From assembly GCA_965215185.1 (NCBI GenBank), contig OZ244034.1, positions 1,600,001 to 1,664,000 on the forward strand: 64,000 nucleotides of DNA. Reading direction: 5' to 3'. Origin of the DNA: Acidimicrobiia bacterium (lineage in GTDB: Bacteria > Actinomycetota > Acidimicrobiia > Spongiisociales > ZC4RG35). Of this stretch, positions 1 through 10,768 are shown piece by piece. Each line of letters begins with the position of its first letter. The first letter of the stretch is position 1. The notes below the pieces were generated by a model. It saw only the letters and a program-made list of their open reading frames with translations. It was not told where the DNA came from and did no database searches. A program made the translations under genes and the position numbers.

Positions 1-541
1 GCCTGCACTTCTCCTTCCACTCATCGCTGAGGTTTTGCCTCAACGCTATTTCAATTCCACCACCACTTTTGGGCACCAAGGCAGACGCGTAGGTGGCCAC
101 CGTCTTATAAATCCCATCTAAATCCGAATTCGGTTTGTTTTCCCTGATGGCGTACAAGTCTTTCAGCTCGTGTTCCATCACCCACTTGATCTGGTTTTCA
201 GTGACACCCCGGTCCAGGGCTTCGGGAAGAAAGAGCACCTCCACGTAGAGAGGGTGGGGCCAAAAAAGGCCCTTATAGTGCGTGATGGGATAAGGATCGT
301 CATAGCAAGGCACTTCGGCAAAGTGTAAATCGACCCGTGGCACCAGATGCAACTTCTTGCTGGGATCAATGCGGACCAGTGTTTTCTCTAGGCACTCAAC
401 GAAATCACTGACGACACCTTCCGGTAAAGCATCTGCAAACCGAGAGACATACTTCGCTCCACTGCCTGCCACCAGGTTGTGAAACGGGGTGGCCTCAACA
501 TAGTATCGGATCCGGTAATCGTTCGATAGCCATACCGACAT
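1..541 (-). CDS. Partial putative toxin (RelE/BrnT-like 'LFWP...IEI' family), runs off the window edge
   Basis: Manual translation: ...VPCYDDPYPITHYKGLFWPHPLYVEVLFLPEALDRGVTENQIKWVMEHE...IEIALRQNLSDEWKEKCR; clear homolog of 51841-52233. Start either ATG 541 or GTG 313. Not in the ORF track. Confidence 0.65.
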   Translation of the reverse strand, partial: MSVWLSNDYRIRYYVEATPFHNLVAGSGAKYVSRFADALPEGVVSDFVECLEKTLVRIDPSKKLHLVPRVDLHFAEVPCYDDPYPITHYKGLFWPHPLYVEVLFLPEALDRGVTENQIKWVMEHELKDLYAIRENKPNSDLDGIYKTVATYASALVPKSGGGIEIALRQNLSDEWKEKCR

Positions 542-566
542 CCCCGTACGGATATGCCTCGTTTCC

Positions 567-628
567 GGGTAGCGGTTCACTTTGAGAGGTAGCGCCGCAG
601 GCCAGAGAGTCAAACTGAACCACTACCC
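567..628. repeat. 62-bp palindromic element, copy 1
   Basis: GGGTAGCGGTTCACTTTG...CAAACTGAACCACTACCC inverted arms. Confidence 0.85.
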
Positions 629-879
629 AAATTTGGGGGCGGGCAGACTCGGGGTGGTGTGCTCGGCGCCAAGAACCCAACCTTCGATGCCGCCAGGCCC
701 GCAAGTCTACGCCGACAGCCCAATTGGCAACCGTTTCCCAACAGTGACGGTGCGCCGCGAGTAGGGATGTACCCAGATCAACCACATACGCGTATCAGAC
801 AGTCGCAACCGATCTTTCCTCTTCTCCAGAGAATGCTACGATGCGGGGAGATGATGCGGTAAAGAGGACGGTGGTGGTT

Positions 880-1119
880 ATGCGCCAGCCCGTGGATCAT
901 AGGGATTACATCACTATCGATCCCAACAAGCGATTCGGGAAGCCTTGCATCCGAAACATGCGAATCACCGTATTTGATGTCATCAGGTATCTGGCGTCAG
1001 GCATGACGCACGAAGAATTCTTGGACGACTTCCCCGAACTGACCCGTGAGGACATTTTAGCCTGCTACAGCTATCTGGCTGACGAAACCATGGTGCCTCA
1101 GAGGCCGCCCAGCCCGTGA
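880..1119 (+). CDS. DUF433 family antitoxin
   Basis: ITIDPNKRFGKPCIRNMRITVFDV...DDFPELTREDILAC. Confidence 0.9.
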   Translation: MRQPVDHRDYITIDPNKRFGKPCIRNMRITVFDVIRYLASGMTHEEFLDDFPELTREDILACYSYLADETMVPQRPPSP

Positions 1120-1229
1120 GGCTTCTCCTTGACCAGATGCCCTCCTACAAACTACCTCGCCTATTGGAGGATGTCTATCCACACACCAGGTTCCCTCGGT
1201 GTTGTCTGTCACAAGAGAGCCGCGGCTAA
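1116..1229 (+). pseudogene. Truncated DUF5615 PIN-like toxin
   Basis: GTGA overlap with DUF433; MRLLLDQMPSYKLPRLLEDVYP parallels 2727-3053, then early stop. Confidence 0.7.
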
Positions 1230-1283
1230 CTAGGACCCTAAGCTGCTTGCCTATGTCATTTCCCTCTGTTACCATCATGGATC

Positions 1284-1478
1284 ATGCGATCAGAGGCAGC
1301 AAGGGATCCTGATTTGGTGTGCTCAAACGGGAGAACACCGGAAGAGGAGTGGCAATACAGGGCAGATCAGCGCCTTCCGTTGCGCAGCACTCCTCCTACT
1401 CCTGACGAATACCGCCAGTGTACCCGTGAAATCCTAGAGGAAGACAGCAGGCTCCTACAGAGACTTGCTGATGCCTAG
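1284..1478 (+). CDS. Small hypothetical protein, possible antitoxin
   Basis: 64 aa, TACCAT -10 upstream; C-terminal LLQRLADA resembles antitoxins of Doc-type toxins. Confidence 0.35.
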   Translation: MRSEAARDPDLVCSNGRTPEEEWQYRADQRLPLRSTPPTPDEYRQCTREILEEDSRLLQRLADA

Positions 1479-1559
1479 CGGCCAAGAGACTTGAGCGATG
1501 CTTGGGAGGGTGGGGAACCAAACTGGGTTCCTATGCGTGTCATTGTGGAACTCCACGAC

Positions 1560-1645
1560 CTGGCTATGTGCCACCACCCCTGACCTGGGGCTCCGCAGGG
1601 GCTCCACATAGGACTCCACATTCAAACCGGGAGGGCTCCACATTT
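1560..1645 (+). repeat. Array repeat, terminal part only
   Basis: CCTGACCTGGGGCTCCGCAGGGGCTCCACATAGGACTCCACATTCAAACCGGGAGGGCTCCACATTT. Confidence 0.9.
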
Positions 1646-1663
1646 GCTGGCCGAACATCTGAT

Positions 1664-1871
1664 CCATGGATGCTTCCCATTGGTAGTCCGCATCGCCATC
1701 GGCAGGCCAGACGAGCAAAAGGTCAACGTCGCTGTCTTTGTTGGCCTCCCGACGGGCCAGCGAACCGAACAGCAGCGCCTTGATCGCACCTTTGGCGTTG
1801 GATCTGACAACCTCGGCAACCTTAGAGAACAAGGAGTCGTAATCCACCACCACGGGGAGAGTCTGGCTCAT
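1664..1871 (-). pseudogene. 3'-truncated minimal nucleotidyltransferase (MNT) antitoxin
   Basis: LFGSLARREANKDSDVDLLLVW; paralog of 48610 and 57860; cut by the array repeat. Confidence 0.8.
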
Positions 1872-1914
1872 GTTCCTATCATACCTGACCGGGTGCGACG
1901 ACGGACAAGTTGCA

Positions 1915-2410
1915 GGATGGTGCCGCTCCTTCGGTCTCGCCGCTCACACCATCGGCGTGTTGGCCCTAGCCATCGCCCACAACCTCAAACAAACCCTCAC
2001 GGTCGAAAGAACCCAAACAGACAAGCCCGCCCCTCCGGCCAGGCCCAAAAGTCACCAGCCGACCCGCAGGAACATCCTCGCCGACAGCCTCTTCGCACGG
2101 ATACCGCCCGACTAGCACACTTGCCGCACCCCCGACAGTAGCCCCCACTGCTGTCGGCTTTGCCGCGCCCGGACAACCCAAACCGGTACCCCGAAGCCTC
2201 CCAGCCCACCCCAGAACCCCCCACAGCACCCCAACAGGCAGCAGAACACCCCGAGAACAGGCAAAAACAGGAAAAAGGACCTAACTGGTCCACTTATTTG
2301 AGATAACTGGACCAGAGGTCTGGGTGGCCTGTGGGCGACCACCTCTGACCTGGGACTCCGCAGGGGCTCCACATTAGTCTCCACATTCAAACCGGGAGGG
2401 CTCCACATTT
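1915..2410 (+). mobile_element. Array repeat: DDE transposase 3' fragment + right end
   Basis: GWCRSFGLAAHTIGVLALAIAHNL...PPD*, hairpin, CTCCACATTT end. Confidence 0.9.
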
Positions 2411-2501
2411 GGGTTCGGCGGTGCCCGATCAACCCATTTGGGGAAGCACCAAGGGTTGATCGGGACATCCACTCCCACCAGCATCCAATAGAATAGAGTC
2501 C

Positions 2502-2696
2502 ATGCCTGATAGCCATATTGACTATTGGAACCACATAGCACTTGATCCCGAGGTGAGATTCGGCAAACCCTGTATCGCCGGAACCAGGATCACGGTCAGC
2601 GACATCCTCGAGAAAATGTCCTTCGGCATGACCGAGGAAGACATTCTTTCCGAGTGGGACTATCCTGTCTGGCGTACGCGTCCAACGGCCACCTAG
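2502..2696 (+). CDS. DUF433 family antitoxin (C-terminus possibly frameshifted)
   Basis: IALDPEVRFGKPCIAGTRITVSDIL; TAGAAT 7 nt upstream. Confidence 0.8.
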   Translation: MPDSHIDYWNHIALDPEVRFGKPCIAGTRITVSDILEKMSFGMTEEDILSEWDYPVWRTRPTAT

Positions 2697-2726
2697 CCAG
2701 AGCGTAGCCGTTCCCAACCATCCTGC

Positions 2727-3053
2727 ATGAAGCTGCTCTTTGACGAGAACCTCTCTCCGCGGTTGCCTCGCCTCCTATCGGATCTCTACCCCGATTCTGC
2801 ACATGTCGTTGCCTTAGGCATTGACCGGACCGGGGATTCGGGGATTTGGAATTATGCAAAGGATTTCGATTTCATCATCACTACCAAGGACTCGGACTAC
2901 CTCGAGTTGAGCGAGAGTAGGGGGCACCCGCCGAAGCTCGTGCTGGTTGAATCCGGCAATCAGCCTACATGGGTTGTCGAGGCAGATCTCCGCAACAACT
3001 ATGACCGGATGCGGCGTTTCAGTGGTAACGATGAGCCGGTATTGAGAATCTGA
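2727..3053 (+). CDS. DUF5615 PIN-like toxin
   Basis: MKLLFDENLS...DSGIWNYAK...IITTKDSDY. Confidence 0.9.
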   Translation: MKLLFDENLSPRLPRLLSDLYPDSAHVVALGIDRTGDSGIWNYAKDFDFIITTKDSDYLELSESRGHPPKLVLVESGNQPTWVVEADLRNNYDRMRRFSGNDEPVLRI

Positions 3054-3802
3054 GCCCGGCCAAGAGGAATTCGACAAGCCGTAGGGGTTCATTTCCGCCC
3101 CGTTCTTCGGCTACGACGCTCACATCGCCGTCGCCGAGGCAGTCTGGCCAGGCAACCCCAAGTTCATCAAGGTCGGAACAAAAGGCCAACGACTCCTCAA
3201 CTCGACAGGAACCCTCCTTCCGCCGGGACTGCCCGAATACATGCAGATCCCGTCCGAAGATGCAAAACCCGAAGACCTGACCGAGTGATACGTCAACCGT
3301 GCCCTGTGGCGGTGGACACGAAACCGGAAACTCGACAACGGCGGCGGACAGTTCGGCTGTTCACAGTGCGCCGGGAGGGTCACCACCAAAGCCCAAACCC
3401 GCAACCCTGACGCTATTCCCAACAAAGCCGCTCCGTTCCTGCCCATCGAAGACGAACGATGCTGTCATCATCCCAGCCGACCTGCTCGATGCCTACCAAG
3501 ACATCCCCTACGGGACTCCCGCACACGACAAAAGCTACGGACGTCGCAACCCCGTCGAGAAAACCTTTTCCATGATCAAGGACAAAGGCGGCCTGCAAGC
3601 CGGATGGTGCCGCTCCTTCGGTCTCGCCGCCCACACCATCGGCGTGTTGGCCCTAGCCATCGCCCACAACCTCAAACAAACCCTCACGGTCGAAAGTACC
3701 CAAACCGAAAAACCCGCCCCTCCGGCCAGGCCCAAAAGTCACCAGCCGACCCGCAGGAACATCCTCGCCGACAGCCTCACCCCACGGGCACCGCCCGACT
3801 AG

Positions 3803-5529
3803 GAGGCTGCTGAGTATTGGGGTTGGTGGTGGGGTGTTGGTGTGCTGAGGTGAGGCGTTTGGTTTTTGGTATGGGTTCTGTTTCTGGCAAAGAGAGCCTG
3901 TGGGGGACCTTCAGGGTGGGTGTCGGTTGGTTAGGTGGGGTTGATGGCCCAGCCGGTGGGGGTGTGGTGGAGGCCGAGGTTGATGAGCCGTCGTAGATTG
4001 ATAGCGGCGATTCGGGTGTGGAGTTGTTGTCGGTTCGGTTTTATGCCCCGGTATCGGAGTTTTCGGTTTCCGTTGGCTACCACCCAGGCGATGATCCGAT
4101 CCACTGATGGCCGGTGACGGTTGTAACGTGTTTTGGTTTCGGGTTGTTTCCATTGCTGTCGGGCTTCGGTGAGCAGCCGATCGTGGGGGTGGATCGTCAG
4201 GTAGCGTCCTCTTTTGCTGGTGGTGCATCGGCGCCGGTGGGGACATTCGGTACAGACGACACCGAATCTGACCTGTCCTTTGGTGCCGATGGTGGCGGTG
4301 TTACCGGCCGGGCAGGTGACCCTGTTTTGGTCGTGGTCGATAACAAAGTCGTCGCGGGTGAACTGGTCAGGACCCAGCCGAGGGTTACGACGCTGCCCGA
4401 TGGGTTTGATGATGGCCCGGTGACCAGCCGCCCTCAGTTTGGCGCGGACCTCTCCCGACCCGTAAGCGGAATCGGCGATGACCTCGGTATCCGACGGTTC
4501 GCCGTCCAGCAGTTCCACACCCGCCGGACCGTCGGCTGTGGTGGCCCCTGTTATCTCACAGGCAGTGACGATTCCCGTGTCAGGTTCTGCGGCTATGTGC
4601 GCTTTGTAACCGTCCCGACGCTGCGAAGAAGTTTTGCGACCGTGACGAGCCCTCGGATCGACCACCGAAATCGTCCGATCCGAAGCCACCCGTCGGGCGA
4701 TCCGCCACTTTCCCTCCCGCTGGGGATCGGGTTCCACATCTTGGCCGACCACCACCCCCAACAAACCCACTGCCTCTGACTGCCGCTTGTCCAAGTCGGT
4801 GTCGGCGACTGCATCCAACACTGCCAACCCGTCGGACACCAGACTGTGGATCAACCCCGAACGGCTGTCAGAATCCGCCCAATCACAGGAAGGCTTGCCC
4901 CCTTGGTCGTAATCATGGGACAACACCACCCCACGCGCTTGGGAAATCAGACGGCGACACCGACGAATCTGGGCGGTGATCATCGTCACCGTGTCCTGGC
5001 CAGCCACCGCATCATCCAACACCGTAGAGTCCAACACCCGCCTGACACGACCAGACAACACCCCCGACTGGTCCACCACCTTTCTAACCGCGTCGAAGAT
5101 CCGCTCCGGCGCCTCACTGCGGCGTAGCCTCGCCCGCCACAAAGTCAACACCGTAGGATGAAACCCTCGATCAGTCAATCCCAGACCCGCCGCGGCCTTC
5201 CACGCGATATCACGCCGTAACCGTCCGATCGCTTCACGATCAGACAAACCCTCCAACGCCTGCAACACCATCACCGTGGCCACCACCGACCCCGGTATCG
5301 ATGGGCGACCCCGACCACCATACAAATCCTCGAACAACCCATCAGGGAACACCCGACCACGATGCTCCGCCAAAAACCGGTAAACCGACCCTTCGGGAAC
5401 CAGATCACCACACACCGCCATAGTGTCCAACAACTGCCGATCTAAACGTTCACTACCCAACATACCCACAAATTATCCCACAAACCACCCCCCACAACCA
5501 AGCATCACCCCGAATAAATCAGCAGCCTC
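3803..5529 (-). mobile_element. IS1182-family insertion sequence
   Basis: TIRs GAGGCTGCTGA/TCAGCAGCCTC; CTAG target duplication at 3799-3802 and 5530-5533. Confidence 0.9.
3931..5469 (-). CDS. IS1182-family DDE transposase
   Basis: GRPSIPG, LSDREA, LDST, GYKAH, ADSAYG, TCPAG...C..C zinc ribbon, LRYRG. Confidence 0.9.
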   Translation of the reverse strand: MGMLGSERLDRQLLDTMAVCGDLVPEGSVYRFLAEHRGRVFPDGLFEDLYGGRGRPSIPGSVVATVMVLQALEGLSDREAIGRLRRDIAWKAAAGLGLTDRGFHPTVLTLWRARLRRSEAPERIFDAVRKVVDQSGVLSGRVRRVLDSTVLDDAVAGQDTVTMITAQIRRCRRLISQARGVVLSHDYDQGGKPSCDWADSDSRSGLIHSLVSDGLAVLDAVADTDLDKRQSEAVGLLGVVVGQDVEPDPQREGKWRIARRVASDRTISVVDPRARHGRKTSSQRRDGYKAHIAAEPDTGIVTACEITGATTADGPAGVELLDGEPSDTEVIADSAYGSGEVRAKLRAAGHRAIIKPIGQRRNPRLGPDQFTRDDFVIDHDQNRVTCPAGNTATIGTKGQVRFGVVCTECPHRRRCTTSKRGRYLTIHPHDRLLTEARQQWKQPETKTRYNRHRPSVDRIIAWVVANGNRKLRYRGIKPNRQQLHTRIAAINLRRLINLGLHHTPTGWAINPT

Positions 5530-5553
5530 CTAGGCACACAGCCCGTACCCGGC

Positions 5554-5582
5554 GCCGACAGTAACCCTTACTGTCGGCTTTA
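5554..5582 (+). terminator. Hairpin after the transposase stop (present in most array repeats)
   Basis: GCCGACAGTAA-CCC-TTACTGTCGGC followed by TTT. Confidence 0.6.
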
Positions 5583-5849
5583 GCGCGCCCGGAAAGACCC
5601 AAACCGGCGCACCCAAACCTCCCAGCCCACCCAAAACCTCCCTACAGCAGCCCGATAGGCAACAGAAAACCCCCAAGAACGGGCAAAAACAGGAAAAAAC
5701 GGCCTAACTGGCCCACTTATTTGAGATAAATGGACCAGAGGTCTGGGTGGCCTGTGGGCCACCAGCCTTGACCTGCGGCGCAGTAGGGGCTCCACATAGG
5801 ACTCCACATTCAAACCGGGAGGGCTCCACATTTCAGCGGAGTAGGCAGA

Positions 5850-6100
5850 GGATCGAGTTCTCCCAACAAGCGTGGACCGAATAGGGGTTGTATCTGTTCC
5901 AACGAAATTCCCAAACGCTCCTGGCCCTGCTCGAGGATACTCAGCCGGTCGGCAGGGTCGAGCTCCTGGTCCGATTCAACAAAGAACGCGGCTATGTTGG
6001 CGGTGATGAAGGACACCACCCCGATCCCGGCCAGCAGTCCGGCGATCTTTCACGACCCCAAAGAGTTCTGGCAGCAACTCAGGGTATCAAACCTAGACAA
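5850..6100 (-). pseudogene. Potassium-channel (Ion_trans_2-like) C-terminal fragment
   Basis: RTLWGR...GIGVVSFITANIAAFFVE inner-helix pattern. Confidence 0.45.
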
Positions 6101-6171
6101 GTGACGTTTTCTGATTACGGTTCGAGTGCAGTCGAATACCAGCACCGAAGAAATCCTGTCCCTCAGCGTTC

Positions 6172-7365
6172 TCAGGGAACCGTGTTGGGTGGTTGATCGT
6201 CGCCCGGTGTTGGTGTGGAGTTCGGAGTGGTTCCCCCTCCGGTGTTGCCGGGTGGGCCGGGGGGTTCTTCCTCGCCGGGTGCCGGTGGAGGCAGTGCTGG
6301 CGCGTCGGTCTCATAAGACACACCCACGCTCGGATCCTCGTAGTAGGTGCGCAGGTCGTTAGCGTCGGTGACCAACATAGGCAGATCCGACGCCTTCCCG
6401 ATAGGCCCCCCAGTGAATGCGATGCGGTTCGCTGACGCCGCTCTTACTTGCCGCTCCAACTCAGCCAGCGGCATGTCTAACTGAGCCCGTTCCTCAGAAG
6501 TGAACGCCAACTCTATGTTCTGGTAGACAGCCCTAGGCGGGTTATCATCAGTCCGCTGAACAAACCACACAGCCAACCCCAACTCCGTACCCCATGCTTC
6601 TAAGGTAATAGTGGGGATTCGGAGAAACAATACGAGTTCCTTCCCTTCATAAACCGATGCGGTTCTCTGAGCCGGGAATTCCAAGACCTTGTCCACCCAC
6701 TCCTCTTCGCCACCATATTTCAAAATGAATTCTTCCCGAAACCCGTCCACCCTGGGAAAAAACAACGATTCTCTATGGAGTGACACCGTCAGTTCAGGAG
6801 GTCCTTCACCCACTAAATACTCGTTCACCCTCAAATCAGCGAAGCAATGCACATGAACGTATACCTCAGAAATCCGTTTGAGTCTTTCGTTGGTGAAATC
6901 GGGGGGTCTGACTTCGTAGTCATCACATAGGAAACTATCCGGCCGCACCGTTCCCCGGATAACTATATGTGGTACTAATGAAGGATACATTGGTTGATCT
7001 GGGTTCAACCTTCCCAATAATAAGTCGGTTATAGTTGTGAGGGGCTCTGGGAGACCCCGTGAGGCACTCTGTAATACTTGTCCAACCTGGGTTGGCATTC
7101 CAGGTTCGCAGGGATCTATAGCGCTCCTGTCAATTGGGACGCAAGGGGCGACAGTCCCCTCCAGATAGGCTGGACAGTGGGCGCAAGGGGCGACAGTCCC
7201 CTCCAGATAGGCTGGGCCAGCCAAATCCAATGTAGAGTCGGTAGTAGTGACAGATTCCTCGCTGACCGGATCATTATTGGTTGATACCGACTGGCAACCT
7301 GGCACCATAACCAGTAGCACTAACAACGCTAACAGTTTCGGTTGCTTTGCCATTGTTTCCCTCAT
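6172..7365 (-). CDS. Putative lipoprotein with Pro/Gly-rich tail
   Basis: AGAAAGGA RBS; signal peptide ending VPGC; 42-bp internal duplication (PAYLEGTVAPC x2). Confidence 0.75.
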   Translation of the reverse strand: MRETMAKQPKLLALLVLLVMVPGCQSVSTNNDPVSEESVTTTDSTLDLAGPAYLEGTVAPCAHCPAYLEGTVAPCVPIDRSAIDPCEPGMPTQVGQVLQSASRGLPEPLTTITDLLLGRLNPDQPMYPSLVPHIVIRGTVRPDSFLCDDYEVRPPDFTNERLKRISEVYVHVHCFADLRVNEYLVGEGPPELTVSLHRESLFFPRVDGFREEFILKYGGEEEWVDKVLEFPAQRTASVYEGKELVLFLRIPTITLEAWGTELGLAVWFVQRTDDNPPRAVYQNIELAFTSEERAQLDMPLAELERQVRAASANRIAFTGGPIGKASDLPMLVTDANDLRTYYEDPSVGVSYETDAPALPPPAPGEEEPPGPPGNTGGGTTPNSTPTPGDDQPPNTVP

Positions 7366-7388
7366 GACAGTGTCCTTTCTCAGTGGTT

Positions 7389-8295
7389 TCAAGGTCGGGA
7401 TTGATATATTGCGTTGATAGCCGCTATGTCGTATTTGGTAGGAGAACACGTAACATAGCCTTGGTCTATAGAAGACTCAGCTCCACTATCCGTTGGCGGA
7501 TCCGCAAGACCAAAGGCGTGACCTGCCTCATGTATTACAAGGCGATAAAAATTCGAACAAGAACGCCCTCGTGGTATTACGTTGCTCTGATCTTGTCTGA
7601 TCATTAACTTGGCATATCTAATCTCACCATAAGTCGAAATTGTAGCATCATTGTCAAAACGGTATAGAGCGCATCCGAGCAAATCCCCACAACGGCTCAT
7701 CATGTCTTGAACGGTTACGCGTTCGACAGTGCTGGTTGTCCGATCATTGCGTAGCGGTTGGCATTCGTACTGGTGGGTTACTTCATTGACCTTGATGGCA
7801 GTTAGCATGCTAGAGGCAAGTGGCCAGCTAGCTATGCCTTCTACTATTGCATCGATCGAGGGTTGTCTTTCGTTTATGTCATCTGTTGATTGGAGATCTG
7901 CCGGTAGTCCGTTCAGGCAGAGTGTATAACTGTAGGTACGGGATGGGATGTAGCCCAAAATATGAACGGGTCCTATCTTGCCTCCTCTGCGGGCTGATGG
8001 CGGCGTGGTGTAGGCAAGAACGGTTTCTGCCCAGCCTGACAGGCCACCTGAGTTGACAGCTTGTACCCGGATTTCAAATAGACGTTCGCGTGCAAGACTT
8101 GTTTATGGTGAGATTAGTGTTAGTGGGAGTGAGCGTGGAAGACCATCCGTTATCGTGATTTGGGCATGTGGTGCCCGGGCAGGGCCGGTGTTCTACTTCG
8201 TAGGCGGTTGCACCAGGAACGGCGTTCCACCGTACTGTGATTTGCCCAACCAACACGGTCAAGCCCGGAATGCCTGGGGCGTTGCGGCTCGGCAC
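7389..8295 (-). pseudogene. Fn3 + zinc metallopeptidase (matrixin-like), frameshifted and 5'-truncated
   Basis: HEAGHAFGL zinc motif; frame continues upstream as FEIRVQAVNSGGLSGW; 1-nt shift near 8100 into ITVRWNAVPGATAYEV. Confidence 0.65.
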
Positions 8296-8325
8296 CTACT
8301 GTGCTGAAGAAAAGGGGGTAAGGAC

Positions 8326-10737
8326 ATGGAGAGCGCGGATGAGCTCCGTAAAGAGAACCAGGCCCTACGGGAACGTCTGTCCCGGCTGTCCCAAGCCAGC
8401 CGGCGTATCAACGAGAGCCTTGACCTTGACGCGGTCCTGCAAAGAGTTCTGGACAACGCCCGAGAGTTGACCGACGCCCGCTACGCGTTGATAACCACGG
8501 TCGACAGTTCGGGCCAGGTGGAAGATTTCCTAGTCTCGGGCCTCACCACCCAAGAATCCGAACAACTGCTCGAAGTACCGGAAGGTCTGGACTTCTTCTC
8601 CTACCTCACTGCCCTTCCCGGACCGCTCAGGGTCGGTGACTTGGGCAGCCACACCAGATCGGTCGGTCTTACCGAGTTCCGCCCACCCGCACCGGTCAGC
8701 GCCTTCCTCGCCGCGCCCCTACACCACCGCGGAGAGAGCGTAGGCAACATCTACGTGGCGAAAAGCCAGCCCGGTGCGGGGTTCAGCCGTGAAGACGAAG
8801 AGACCCTCGTAATGTTCGCCTCCCAGGCCGCCCTGGTGATCGTCAACGCTGGCAAACACCGGGACGAACAACGCGCCAGGGCAGACCTCGAAGCTCTGGT
8901 GGACACCTCACCAGTGGGGGTGGTCGTCCTGGACGCCACGGCGGGGACGCTGGTTTCGTTCAACCAGGAAGTGGCTCGGATCTTTGGCGATCTGCAACCG
9001 CCGGACTGTCCCGTTGAGCAACTCTGGGAGGTGCTGACTGTCGTACGGGCCGATGGCACAGAACTCTCCCTCCGAGATATAACGCCCGCCCAGGCGATCA
9101 GCGCCGGGGAAGTGATACGCGCCGAGGAAGTCGTCTTCAAGGTACCGGACGGTCGCAGCGTCACCGCCATGATGAATGCCACACCAATTCGCTCGGAAGG
9201 CGGCCACGTCGAGTGTTTCGTGATCACCCTCCAAGACATGACACCATTCGAGGAACTCGAGCGGCTACGAGCCGAGTTCCTCGCGATGGTGAGCCACGAA
9301 CTGCGGGCCCCGCTCACATCCATCAAAGGCGCCGCGGCCACCCTGATCGGGTCCGGCCCCTCGCTGGACCCCGCCGAGATGGTCCTCTTCTTTCGGATCA
9401 TCGACCAGCAGGCCGACCACCTGAGCAGCCTGATCACCGACCTGTTGGACATGGCCCGTCTCGAGACCGGCGCCCTGTCGGTGTCCCCCGCGCCCTCGGA
9501 AGCAGCCGTCCTGATCGACGAAGCAAGGAACATGTTCCTCGTGGGAGCAAGCGGACACAGCATCCACATCGACCTGGAACCGGACCTGCCCCGAGTCATG
9601 GCAGACAGACGGCGCATAATCCAAGTGCTCGCCAACCTGCTGTCCAACGCCGCGAGGCACTCCCCCGAACCTTCAGCCATCCAAGTCGTTGCCACACAAA
9701 GCGGAACCCACATCGCCTTTTCTGTCAGGGACCAAGGCAAAGGCCTGTCCCCCGACCTTCTTCCCTACCTGTTCAGGAAGTTCTCCCGAATCGAAGGAAA
9801 CCACCACCAAAGCGGACTAGCCCGGACCGGTCTTGGACTTGCCATCTGCAAAGGGATAGTAGAAGCCCACGGAGGCCGGATCTGGGCCGAAAGCGACGGA
9901 CCAGACCGCGGCGCTCGATTCACCTTCACGCTTCCCGTGGTCAGCGAACTCGCACCCATCGCCCCGACCGGACCGGTCCGCACGGCACCGCAATGGGGAG
10001 GCAGCAAACGGATCCGGATCCTCGCAGTAGACGACGACCCCCAAACACTCAGGTACCTCCGCGACACGCTCACCGACGCCGGCTACGCACCCACCGTTAC
10101 AGGCGACCCCCAACAACTAAACCGTCTAATACAGCAACACAAACCCCACCTCGTGCTGCTCGACCTCATGCTGCCCGGCACCGACGGAATCGAACTGATG
10201 AGAGAAAAACCCGAACTAGCCGGTCTACCAGTCATATTCCTGTCAGCCTACGGCAGAGACCACACAGTGGCACGCGCTCTCGAAGCCGGCGCGGTCGACT
10301 ACATCGTCAAACCCTTCTCACCCACAGAACTAACAGCAAGAATAAAAACAGCACTACGACAACGAACCACCCCAAGATCAGAAGAACCGTCCGAGCCCTA
10401 CCGGCTAAAAGAACTCACCATCGACTACGACCAACGCACAGCATTCCTAGCAGGCCGACCACTGAAACTAACCGGCATCGAGTACCGACTCCTCTACGAA
10501 CTCTCCGCCAACGCCGGTCAGTTAGTAACCCACCAAGGCTTACTACAACAAGTCTGGGGGGTCGGACACCCCGGCCACTCGGGACCGATCCGTACCACCA
10601 TCAAAACCCTACGACGCAAACTCGGCGACGACGCAAACAACCCCACCTACATCTTCAACGAACCACGCCTCGGCTACCGCATGCCCGAAAAACAAAAAAC
10701 AAACCCGACCAAACCCCAAACCACCATCCTCGACTGA
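8326..10737 (+). CDS. Hybrid sensor kinase/response regulator: GAF-PAS-HisKA-HATPase-REC-OmpR wHTH
   Basis: SHELRAPLTSI, NLLSNA, DQGKG, GLGLAIC, VDDD, DLMLPG, KPFS, LRRKLGDDA...GYR. Confidence 0.95.
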   Translation: MESADELRKENQALRERLSRLSQASRRINESLDLDAVLQRVLDNARELTDARYALITTVDSSGQVEDFLVSGLTTQESEQLLEVPEGLDFFSYLTALPGPLRVGDLGSHTRSVGLTEFRPPAPVSAFLAAPLHHRGESVGNIYVAKSQPGAGFSREDEETLVMFASQAALVIVNAGKHRDEQRARADLEALVDTSPVGVVVLDATAGTLVSFNQEVARIFGDLQPPDCPVEQLWEVLTVVRADGTELSLRDITPAQAISAGEVIRAEEVVFKVPDGRSVTAMMNATPIRSEGGHVECFVITLQDMTPFEELERLRAEFLAMVSHELRAPLTSIKGAAATLIGSGPSLDPAEMVLFFRIIDQQADHLSSLITDLLDMARLETGALSVSPAPSEAAVLIDEARNMFLVGASGHSIHIDLEPDLPRVMADRRRIIQVLANLLSNAARHSPEPSAIQVVATQSGTHIAFSVRDQGKGLSPDLLPYLFRKFSRIEGNHHQSGLARTGLGLAICKGIVEAHGGRIWAESDGPDRGARFTFTLPVVSELAPIAPTGPVRTAPQWGGSKRIRILAVDDDPQTLRYLRDTLTDAGYAPTVTGDPQQLNRLIQQHKPHLVLLDLMLPGTDGIELMREKPELAGLPVIFLSAYGRDHTVARALEAGAVDYIVKPFSPTELTARIKTALRQRTTPRSEEPSEPYRLKELTIDYDQRTAFLAGRPLKLTGIEYRLLYELSANAGQLVTHQGLLQQVWGVGHPGHSGPIRTTIKTLRRKLGDDANNPTYIFNEPRLGYRMPEKQKTNPTKPQTTILD

Positions 10738-10768
10738 ACCGCCCCGACTTTAGGGGGAGAGTGTTTTG

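Larger units (their letters stand above)
3102..5833 (+). mobile_element. Array repeat (long, internally deleted), interrupted by an IS1182-family element
   Basis: YGRRNPVEKTFSMIK (YREK motif) in 3102-3802; resumes at 5534 and ends CTCCACATTT at 5833. Confidence 0.9.
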
